From a bacterium (GTDB lineage: Bacteria > Electryoneota > JAOADG01), in assembly GCA_963681965.1 (NCBI GenBank), contig OY820579.1, positions 3,488,001-3,552,000 on the forward strand: a stretch of 64,000 nt of DNA, given 5' to 3'. The position numbers and the translations under genes are program-made. The notes under the pieces were generated by a model that was not told where the DNA came from, made no database searches, and saw only the letters and a list, made by a program, of their open reading frames with translations. Below are positions 9,724-17,830 of this stretch, one piece after another. Numbering within the stretch: position 1 is the first letter of the stretch; each line of letters starts with the position of its first letter.

Positions 9724-11024
9724 CCGCAACAAATAAGAAGAAACCGATGCCAAAAGGGAAAGCAGTGAAGAGTAAAGTTGTGAGCAAACCGGTCAAAAAA
9801 GCGGCAACCAAAGTCGTTGCTCGCAAAGCGATCGCGAAACCCGTTGCGAAAAAAGCCAATGCGGTGAAGAAGCCAATCGCGAAGAAAGTCGCTCCGAAGA
9901 AACCGCTCCCGGTGAAGAAAGTCGTAGCGAAAAAGAGTGTTCCCGCCAAAGCGGCGGCAAAAGTTGTCAGGAAACCGGTAAAGCCCATAGCCAAACCGGC
10001 GAAGAAAACCGCAGTAATAAAGAAGAGTGTAGTGAAAAAAGCAGTAAAACCCGCAGTAAAAGCAGTTCGACACCCGGAACCCAAGGGTAAACCGGTAAAG
10101 AAGGCAGTGAAGCCGGCAGCGAAACCGACGAAACTTGCCAAAGCAATCAAGAAAGCTCCGGTCAAGAAAGCACCGGCGAAACCGCTACCCAGTAGTAAAC
10201 GAGCAGTTGTTGCCAAAGCCAAACCGATCAAGAAACCGGTCGTTGCAACCAAGGCAACCAAAGCTGTCGTGAAAAAACCGGTGGCGAAACCCGCACCGAA
10301 ACCAGTCGTAAAACATGCTGCGAAGCCAACCGCAAAACCCGTTGCGAAACACGCTGTTCCGGCAAAACCGATTGTCAAAACCAAACCGGTCGCAGTGGCG
10401 AAACCGACACCAGCACCGGTAAAAAAAGCGGTACCGGAAAAGAAACCTGTTGCAGCAGCTCCGGCAGCAAAACCGATAGAACCGAAAAAAGCTAAAGCAG
10501 TTGCGGTTAAACCCGAACCAGTCGTTCCGGTAAAACCAGTTGCAGCACCAGCGAAACCGGCTCCGAAATTATCGAAGAAAGCGGAAGCGGAAGCCGCCAA
10601 AAATGCCGCGTTGAAGAAACAAGAAATAATTCCACTGGCAGATGGAGAAGCGGAACCGGACGTCGACCTTGACGAACTTGAAGTGATTTCCGATGTACCC
10701 GATGATGAGTTGCTCGCAATCGAACGAGAAGTCGCGACAGCACCAGTAAAATCGCATCGTCACAAACAACCGAAACCGGTGGAGAATGTTCCGGGATCGG
10801 GAATTTTTTGTCGCCGATGCAATCTCGAATTGACGATCAACGAACGTCCGTATATCTGCAAGCAACCGGGTCTCGAAGGATTCTATCACTGGACCTGTTT
10901 CCGCGAACAAGTCCGAGTGCATCAGCGCGATGCTCAAAGTTTGATCGAAGAATCAGCAATCTCAGCCGGGATTGTCTCCGGCGGAACCGAAGGGGGCGAA
11001 GGCTTCCGGGAAGCCGAAGATTGA
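9720..11024 (+). CDS. Histone H1-like Lys/Ala/Pro-rich protein with an acidic linker and C-terminal CxxC...HxxC Zn finger
   Basis: About 300 aa of K/A/P/V repeats, then a D/E-rich stretch, then CRRC-x22-HWTC; ATGA overlap with the PMM gene. Confidence 0.7.
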   Translation: MTATNKKKPMPKGKAVKSKVVSKPVKKAATKVVARKAIAKPVAKKANAVKKPIAKKVAPKKPLPVKKVVAKKSVPAKAAAKVVRKPVKPIAKPAKKTAVIKKSVVKKAVKPAVKAVRHPEPKGKPVKKAVKPAAKPTKLAKAIKKAPVKKAPAKPLPSSKRAVVAKAKPIKKPVVATKATKAVVKKPVAKPAPKPVVKHAAKPTAKPVAKHAVPAKPIVKTKPVAVAKPTPAPVKKAVPEKKPVAAAPAAKPIEPKKAKAVAVKPEPVVPVKPVAAPAKPAPKLSKKAEAEAAKNAALKKQEIIPLADGEAEPDVDLDELEVISDVPDDELLAIEREVATAPVKSHRHKQPKPVENVPGSGIFCRRCNLELTINERPYICKQPGLEGFYHWTCFREQVRVHQRDAQSLIEESAISAGIVSGGTEGGEGFREAED

Positions 11025-11868
11025 CAGGTTAGCGTCGGCGTATGCCGCCGTCGATGCCGTCGTTCGCGACCATCGCGAAAATTTCGCGCGTTTCAGTTGG
11101 CTGTTGCCGAAGGATACGCGGCAGGATTTATTTACGCTGTATGCCTATTGCCGCACAGCGGACGATGCCTCCGACGACCCGGGAACACCTGCAGAACGAC
11201 TGAACGCGCTGTCGATCATCGAACAACATCTCTTAAACGCCGTTTCCGGTGGAGACGGCGTTTCATTTTATCCGGCGGTTGCCGAAATGATTCACCGCCG
11301 TCAGTTACCTCAAGAAGAATTTCTGAATCTATTGAATGCATTCCGCTGGGATCAGACGCATACCGATTGGGAATCGCTTGCGGAATTGGAAGCTTACTGT
11401 CGATGGTCGGCAAATCCAGTCGGAAGGCTGGTTCTAGGGATTTTTTATTCGCATGATTTCGCCGTGAAGCATTATAATGCAGCGGATAAAATTTGTACCG
11501 GACTACAACTCGTCAACTTCTGGCAGGATGTAAAACGCGACTTCGACAGCGGTCGAATTTATCTCCCTCGCGATTTACGCGATAAACATGGCGTAGACAA
11601 TGCGACTTTGCAACGATCGAACGCATCGGATGGATACAAAGCATTGCTGAAAGAGCTTTGCGATATCACCGAAACAGTCTTTAACGACGGTCGCGCAGGA
11701 CTTGCATCGCTTCGGGGTATCACTGGATTCACGATCGATTGGTTTGCAACTTGCGGGTTGATATTGATTGAAAATATTCGCGATCTCGATTACGACACAC
11801 TAAGTATACGACCGACCGTATCGAAGCTCGATCGTATTAATGCGGCAATTCATTCGCTCTCACGCTGA
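10972..11868 (+). CDS. hpnC: Squalene synthase HpnC (hydroxysqualene synthase)
   Basis: H.ENF...S.LLP, YAYCRTADD.SD, YCRWSANPVGRLVL, ICTGLQLVNFWQDV..D...GRIYLP; start uncertain (TTG 10972). Confidence 0.85.
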   Translation: MSPAEPKGAKASGKPKIDRLASAYAAVDAVVRDHRENFARFSWLLPKDTRQDLFTLYAYCRTADDASDDPGTPAERLNALSIIEQHLLNAVSGGDGVSFYPAVAEMIHRRQLPQEEFLNLLNAFRWDQTHTDWESLAELEAYCRWSANPVGRLVLGIFYSHDFAVKHYNAADKICTGLQLVNFWQDVKRDFDSGRIYLPRDLRDKHGVDNATLQRSNASDGYKALLKELCDITETVFNDGRAGLASLRGITGFTIDWFATCGLILIENIRDLDYDTLSIRPTVSKLDRINAAIHSLSR

Positions 11869-11876
11869 GTCGAACT

Positions 11877-12734
11877 GTGTCCAATACTCATCTTCATGAA
11901 TCCTACCAAACCTGTATTGCGATCAGCCGCAGTAGCGGATCGTCGTTCCCGTGGCTGTTCCGGCTGTTGCCGAAGTCGCAGCAGAACGCAATGTATGCGG
12001 TGTACGCATATTGTCGAGTGTTGGACGATACCGTCGACAACGATCGACCGGAAGCGGAGAAGCGAATCGCGTTGGATAATGCATGCGCTCGGCTGCAGAA
12101 TGCTTTGAACGGCGAAGGTGAATCGGAGATCTATCCGGCGGTTGCCGATACGATCGAAAATTATCAATTGCCAATCGCACCATTTCAGGATCTTGCCCGG
12201 GGAATGGCATTCGATTTAGCTTCAGTTTCGATCGCGACCGAATCCGAATTGTTGCAGTACTGCGATTGGGTAGCGGGAACGGTCGGACAGATGATCGTCG
12301 GGGTCTGCCGGGTACCGCATGACATCGGTTATGAGTATGCGATTGCCACCGGACGTGCGATGCAGTTGACGAATATTTTACGCGACATTCGTGCTGATTT
12401 TGACCAGCAACGGGTGTATGTTCCGCGCGAATGGCTGCAACAATACGGTGTATCGGTACCAGATCTCATTGCGCCATCGCGCAACGATTCGTCGGATAAA
12501 TTACTACAACAATTTAGTGAGAAAGCGGTGTGGTGGTACGCCGAAGCGAAGCGACTCCTCCCCGCATCGCATCGAAAAGAACTACTCTTTGCCGAAGCGA
12601 TCAGCGACATTTATCGTTCGCTATTCGATTTGCTGCAACGCGACGGAATTCGCTACAACCGGAAGGTGAGTGTGCCGTTCTTCACGAAGGGTGGAATTCT
12701 ATTGAAATTCGCGATGTCGCGATGGTTTGGATAA
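11877..12734 (+). CDS. hpnD: Presqualene diphosphate synthase HpnD
   Basis: SGSSF, YAYCRVLDDTVD, YCDWVAGTVG, AMQLTNILRDI..D...RVYVP. Confidence 0.85.
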   Translation: MSNTHLHESYQTCIAISRSSGSSFPWLFRLLPKSQQNAMYAVYAYCRVLDDTVDNDRPEAEKRIALDNACARLQNALNGEGESEIYPAVADTIENYQLPIAPFQDLARGMAFDLASVSIATESELLQYCDWVAGTVGQMIVGVCRVPHDIGYEYAIATGRAMQLTNILRDIRADFDQQRVYVPREWLQQYGVSVPDLIAPSRNDSSDKLLQQFSEKAVWWYAEAKRLLPASHRKELLFAEAISDIYRSLFDLLQRDGIRYNRKVSVPFFTKGGILLKFAMSRWFG

Positions 12735-12860
12735 ATCGATTAGCCATCGCACGGACTGAATTCACCGGATGGGAATGAAGGACGTGGCAATCGACAATTT
12801 GCTTGTAAACATACTCCTTCCGCATTATTATAGATGTAATACCCGTCCGGTAGGAGACTC

Positions 12861-15602
12861 ATGACTTTCCGTCATTGTACTCTTGATAAATGCTCACTCG
12901 CCTTCGCGACGACGCTTATCTTCGTCCTTACGATCCTGTTCCCGCAAATTTCCTCTGCCGTGTCGGTGCAATCGACGCGGTTGCCGCATCCCTTTCAATT
13001 CACCGAGAACAAGGGACAGTGGGATTCGGCGGTCGTATACAAATGCGAGGTGCGGCGCGATGGCTTCACGTGGTTCCTTGAGCGCGATGGTGTCACCCTC
13101 GTCACCTCGGTAATCGATTCTTCTTCTTTGGTAGGGGCAACGCCGCCCCCGCTGGGGGTTCGCGAACCGCCCGTATCCGTTAATGATGCACGATTCGATC
13201 CCAATGGTCGTATCCATCATTCCCGTTTAAAATCCCACGCGCTCAAATTTAAATTTGTCGACTCCCGTAGGGGCGAATCGCATTCGCCCCTATCCGATCA
13301 AGATGCACCAACCAATATGGGCGCGTCCGCGCCCACAGGGCGAATGCGATTCGCCCCTACGGATAAATGCACGACACAAAAGGATGTCGGAATAAATTCC
13401 GACCTACGAAAATACGCCTCAGCGAAGTGGATTGATGCACAAGGGGAATTATCGTGGCACAATAATTATTTTCTCGGGAATGATTCCTCGAAGTGGGCAC
13501 CGGATTGCCGCAATTTTACGCGCTTGATGTATCATGATGTCTGGGAAGGAATCGATGTCGAATTTTACGAAAGCAAAGGTCATCTCGAATTCGATTTCGT
13601 TGTACATCCCGGTGCCGATCCGAAACAAATCAAGATGGTGTGCGAAGGATTAGAAGCTCCGCTTTCTTTTGATACTCGGAGGTGGGACTTTAGTCCCGCC
13701 ACATCATTTAATGATTCAGGAATGGCGGGACTAAAGTCCCACCTCCAGAAATTATATCTACCCACCTCCCTCGGCGAACTCCGGATGTCGATTCCGGGAG
13801 CATACCAAACCACTGCGAATGGCACACGCGGAACTGATGTAACGGCACAATTCACACTCGTTTCAGAAAATCTCTTCGCGCTCGATTTGCCAAATGGGTA
13901 CGACCCAACCCAAATGCTGAGGATCGATCCGCTGGTGTATTGTACGTATTTGGGGGGTGGTGGAAACGATTACGGAGATGGCATCGTCGATGATGGAAGC
14001 GGGGGAGTCATCGTTTGTGGTTGCACAAACAGTTTCGATTTTCCAGTCACTGCCGGAGCCATCGATGTTAGCTACAATGGCGCATCGGTAGGTACTGGCG
14101 ACTGTTTCGTCACAAGAGTAGATAGTACATTTTCTCAATTGATTTATAGTACTTTTCTCGGTGGACCGGGTGACGATCGCGCAGAAAGTATTGTCAGTGA
14201 TTCTTTGGGCAATAGTACAATCACCGGATATTCCGGCTCGCAATTCCCTACCACTATTAATGCATATCAAAGGTCATATAATGGGGGAGAGCGAGATTGT
14301 TTTGTCTCGCGATTAAATAGCTCTGGATCGAGATTAGTTTATAGTACCTATATCAGTGGTAATGGCTATGATGATGGACATTCCATTCTGGCTGGTGATA
14401 GTGGAAGTGTATTTATCGGAGGTGGTACCAATAGTCCAAATTTTCCGACGACTGAAGGCGCATATAACACGACCAATTATGGTGGATTTGTCGTTCATTT
14501 AAACAATACCGGTTCTGGTCTGATCTATAGCACTTTTCTCGGGTTTAGTCCGGAATTATGGTCGATAGCATCAGATGGTTCGGGGGGGATACTTGCAACA
14601 GGAAGTGCGATCTCAGGACTATATACAACCCCCAATGCGTTCGATACGACTTATAATGGCGGTGAAACCGATGCATTTGTACTACGCTTGAATTCGACCG
14701 GCTCGCAGTTGCTGTACAGTACTTATCTCGGTGGTTCCGGCGACCGTGAATGGGCAGTTGGGATTACAGGTGATGGAAACGGTAACTGTTTTGTAACAGG
14801 TTCTACTACCAGTCCCAATTTTCCAATTACAGTCGGTGGGTTTGATACAGTCTATAACGGAGGCACCACAGTTATCGGTGATTGTTTTATTTCATATCTC
14901 AACAGCACTGGATCGAATCTTTTATACAGTACTTATCTCGGTGGTTCTGGTGAGGATGCAGGTAGGGGAATCCTGTACTATGCTGATACTAGTGTTACCA
15001 TTGTGGGGGGAACAAAGGGTACTGACTTTCCAACTACAATAGGCGCTTATTCAGAACACCTTAACGGTACAGGAAACTGTTTTGTAACTCATCTTAAAGT
15101 CAATACATCTCGATTAATTTACAGCACGTATTTTGGTGGTACAGGCAGCGATGTCGCTTATGCATGTATGAAACACCATTCTGATGGAATCATTTTTACT
15201 GGTATTTGTGGACCTGGTTTTCCAACGACACCGGAGGTCGGTGACACGAGTTACAATGGTGGTACTGATGGCTTCATCGCGCGTTTGACACTTATTCCTG
15301 ACTCATCAGCCAGTACACCGGAACGATTCATACAACCATCCGGTTTCGCTTTGGCGCAGAATTACCCTAATCCTTTCAACGCTACTACTACCCTCTCCTA
15401 TTCTCTTCCGACCACATCTCACGTCGATCTTCGTATCTACGATCTGACCGGTCGTGAAGTCTCGACACTCATGCAGCGCGAGCAGCATGCCGGCACCTAT
15501 CGCGTGCTGCTCGATGGCTCGCGATTAGCGAGTGGAACGTACTTTGTGCGATTGCAGGCGGGTATGTTTTCGAAGACACAGAAGATCGTGTTGCTAAAAT
15601 AA
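12861..15602 (+). CDS. Secreted SBBP (beta-propeller) repeat protein with a T9SS-type C-terminal sorting domain; carries in-frame REP insertions
   Basis: Signal peptide, FTENKGQWD, NYFLGND..KW, LEFDFVVHPGADP, LRIDPLVY, repeated LIYSTYLGG..D, and LAQNYPNPFN...GTYFVRL...KIVLLK; GGAGA RBS. Confidence 0.88.
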   Translation: MTFRHCTLDKCSLAFATTLIFVLTILFPQISSAVSVQSTRLPHPFQFTENKGQWDSAVVYKCEVRRDGFTWFLERDGVTLVTSVIDSSSLVGATPPPLGVREPPVSVNDARFDPNGRIHHSRLKSHALKFKFVDSRRGESHSPLSDQDAPTNMGASAPTGRMRFAPTDKCTTQKDVGINSDLRKYASAKWIDAQGELSWHNNYFLGNDSSKWAPDCRNFTRLMYHDVWEGIDVEFYESKGHLEFDFVVHPGADPKQIKMVCEGLEAPLSFDTRRWDFSPATSFNDSGMAGLKSHLQKLYLPTSLGELRMSIPGAYQTTANGTRGTDVTAQFTLVSENLFALDLPNGYDPTQMLRIDPLVYCTYLGGGGNDYGDGIVDDGSGGVIVCGCTNSFDFPVTAGAIDVSYNGASVGTGDCFVTRVDSTFSQLIYSTFLGGPGDDRAESIVSDSLGNSTITGYSGSQFPTTINAYQRSYNGGERDCFVSRLNSSGSRLVYSTYISGNGYDDGHSILAGDSGSVFIGGGTNSPNFPTTEGAYNTTNYGGFVVHLNNTGSGLIYSTFLGFSPELWSIASDGSGGILATGSAISGLYTTPNAFDTTYNGGETDAFVLRLNSTGSQLLYSTYLGGSGDREWAVGITGDGNGNCFVTGSTTSPNFPITVGGFDTVYNGGTTVIGDCFISYLNSTGSNLLYSTYLGGSGEDAGRGILYYADTSVTIVGGTKGTDFPTTIGAYSEHLNGTGNCFVTHLKVNTSRLIYSTYFGGTGSDVAYACMKHHSDGIIFTGICGPGFPTTPEVGDTSYNGGTDGFIARLTLIPDSSASTPERFIQPSGFALAQNYPNPFNATTTLSYSLPTTSHVDLRIYDLTGREVSTLMQREQHAGTYRVLLDGSRLASGTYFVRLQAGMFSKTQKIVLLK
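13131..13189 (+). repeat. Family B REP copy inside the CDS (with an internal 18-nt insertion)
   Basis: GTAGGGGC[18 nt]GGTTCGCGAACCGCCCGTATC matches intergenic 15654 onward; its 3' flank matches 62257-62278 at 20/22. Confidence 0.8.
13265..13407. repeat. REPIN (family G doublet) plus a family C REP inside the CDS
   Basis: Perfect 25-bp inverted repeat 13265-13289 / 13338-13362 (CCGTAGGGGCGAATCGCATTCGCCC), then GTCGGAATAAATTCCGACCTAC at 13386-13407, identical to 58883-58904. Confidence 0.9.
13678..13746. repeat. GGAG-capped REPIN inside the CDS (69 bp = 23 codons)
   Basis: Perfect 24-bp inverted repeat GGAGGTGGGACTTTAGTCCCGCCA at 13678-13701 / 13723-13746. Confidence 0.9.
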
Positions 15603-15615
15603 TTCATATTGTGAA

Positions 15616-16092
15616 GTAGGGGCGGGCTCCCACGCCCGCCCGCATATTTTTTGGTAGGGGCGGTTCGCGAACCGCCCGTATCGCCTGAAGGTTGCACAAA
15701 TTTTAATTATATGCACGGGATATAACAGCATTATTTTAATTGTGAATCCGATTACGATCGTTTATCTAGATCAGACACGGGCGGTTCGCGAACCGCCCCT
15801 ACCAAAAGATAGATTGCAACATCCGACGCTTCGCGTCGTCCTCGCAACGACATATCAGGAGACAAGATTCAAGAACAGATTGCCACGTCAGGTGCTTCGC
15901 ACCTTCCTCGCAATGACAAATCAGGATACAAGATACAAGACGCAGGCTCGGAGGCCTGCGCCACCAACAGAATAGGGATTGGGTATTGGGTGGTAGGTGT
16001 TGGGAAAGGAGAAATAAACACGGACTGAAGTCCGCCGCTACCACAGATTTCAAGATTCAAGAATAAAAACGCAGGCTGAAGCCTGCGGCTAC
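15616..16092. repeat. Composite intergenic REP array
   Basis: Family F 15616-15641; family B REPIN 15654-15802; 66-bp tandem units from 15811; GTGG-type A variant 15941-15965; family D 16020-16041; family A 16070-16092; heptamer tracts. Confidence 0.88.
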
Positions 16093-16240
16093 AAAAGAAA
16101 AAATGAGTAGATTGTGACATGGACCGAATTACGCATTTGCAATGGTAGATCAGGATAATTGATCAAAAAGATGCCGAATCGGAATTCAGCAACAGTGCAA
16201 GATCAAAATGAGTCGGAATTGATCCGATATATGGAATAAA

Positions 16241-17518
16241 ATGAGTAATGACGATTCGACCAAACAGCAGGAAGTGATTATCGTCGGCGGTGGTATCGCC
16301 GGATTGTCATGCGCCGTGGGATTGCTTCAGCGCGGCATCCGCCCGCTGATCATCGAACGTCGCCCCTACCTCGGTGGACGGGCAACCACTCAGCCGCTCG
16401 ATCCACCACTCGATAACAGTCCACATCTCATCACCGGCGCTTATCGACATCTTCTTCAGGTAATGAAACTTGCCGGCGCGCCCATCACGTTTCCGGAAAC
16501 GCCAATGCCGGTAACTTGGTTCGATCAGGCTGGTGTCGAACGGCAACTGGCAACCGGATCGCCACTCAAAACCGCGCGGTCGATCGTCAAAATGTTCGGT
16601 TGGTCTGGAATAAAATCACTCACCCTGATCCAACAAGCGGTATCTCCCAAAACAAACTTCAAAACGGTCGGCGAGTGGCTTTCAGCGAAAGCATTTCCCG
16701 CTCCGATCGCCGGTCTACTGGAATTACTCGTCGTATCGACGATGAATACTCGACCCGACGATGCAGATTTTCAGTTATTTCAAGTTGTTATCCGCGAAAC
16801 ATTGCTCGCTTCTTCCGATGCATCCAGTTTCCAACGGTGTTCTCCATTATCCCGGTTACTGATCAATCCTCTCAGAGATTACATTGAAAGACATGGTGGT
16901 AAGATCCTGTTAGGACAACAAGTTATATCAATCACCCACGGAGAAATCGGTTGGCAAGTTGCTACTCGAACGCAAATTCTACCAACAAATCAGGTCGTTT
17001 TAGCACTTCCCGGACATCAGCGCGCCCAATTTCTAGTGGAACCTGAACAAATTTACTCGCCCATTCTGAATGTCCGGTTCGAAATCACGAAGCATTCCCC
17101 GGAATGGTTTGGTCTATCGAATAACCGCATCGACTGGGTCTTCATCGATCCTCACACGCCAACGGTGCTAGAGGCGGTAACCAGCGCAGCGTCGGAATTG
17201 GCAGCACTTCCGGCGGATGAGATCTTTACTACCGTACAACAAATCGTTGGACGGATCAAACCTGAACTGAAGTTCATCCGACCGTTGGGCATCGTGAAGG
17301 AAATGCGCGCGACACCACTGCAAACTCCCGATTGGCACCGGAACCGGCTAACTCCGGCTACCGGCGAACCGCAACTGTGGCGAGCCGCTGACGATCTGGC
17401 AACTACGTATCCTGCTACCCTCGAATCGGCTGCAAAAGCGGGTCTTTGGGCAGCAAAATGCGTTAGTGGTGATTTGAAAGGCAATTCGGCGGAAAGTAGT
17501 ATCAACCTGCTGGATTAA
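16241..17518 (+). CDS. hpnE: Hydroxysqualene dehydroxylase HpnE (FAD-dependent)
   Basis: GGGIAGLSCA, E.RPYLGGRA, LDN..HLI.GAY, KE.RAT, YPATLESA..AG; lies near hpnCD. Confidence 0.8.
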   Translation: MSNDDSTKQQEVIIVGGGIAGLSCAVGLLQRGIRPLIIERRPYLGGRATTQPLDPPLDNSPHLITGAYRHLLQVMKLAGAPITFPETPMPVTWFDQAGVERQLATGSPLKTARSIVKMFGWSGIKSLTLIQQAVSPKTNFKTVGEWLSAKAFPAPIAGLLELLVVSTMNTRPDDADFQLFQVVIRETLLASSDASSFQRCSPLSRLLINPLRDYIERHGGKILLGQQVISITHGEIGWQVATRTQILPTNQVVLALPGHQRAQFLVEPEQIYSPILNVRFEITKHSPEWFGLSNNRIDWVFIDPHTPTVLEAVTSAASELAALPADEIFTTVQQIVGRIKPELKFIRPLGIVKEMRATPLQTPDWHRNRLTPATGEPQLWRAADDLATTYPATLESAAKAGLWAAKCVSGDLKGNSAESSINLLD

Positions 17519-17830
17519 GCCTCAGCAAGGGTATATTCTTTTAATTATCAAGCTTATCACGTATATTACCGACAAATAATCAAGTGTTTGTCACGGTATC
17601 CAAGGTCTTTGCGATTCGATCCCAAGTTTCACAAAGACTTTTCAAATTTGCAGTTGAGAGTTGCTGCCAATCACTCTCAAGGGCACTTTCACAGGTCACA
17701 TGAATTCGACCGGATGCATTGGTTTGACTTGCTCAACCTGAATCTGTTCTTTAGCTTACATTCAAGGTAGTTTTTTCCGATTGATGTGGAATAGTTTTTC
17801 TAGATTTGCATGCTAGGATGGGAGGAAATA

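Noticed and set aside
9369-10600. Long antisense ORFs (234 and 295 aa) rich in F/A/G/T
   Set aside because: Shadows of the low-complexity K/A/P codons of the H1-like gene.
15616-16092. REP arrays as possible CRISPR arrays or integron attC sites
   Set aside because: There are no regularly spaced identical direct repeats with unique spacers, no cas or integrase genes, and no RYYYAAC/GTTRRRY boxes bounding the palindromes.
15497-16120. Small ORFs in REP arrays (also 25670-25858, 36831-37040, 58696-59104, 62027-62318) sharing peptides such as VGAVREPP, VGINSDL and QAEACGY
   Set aside because: These are translations of the repeats, with no RBS or protein-like composition; they are not a gene family.
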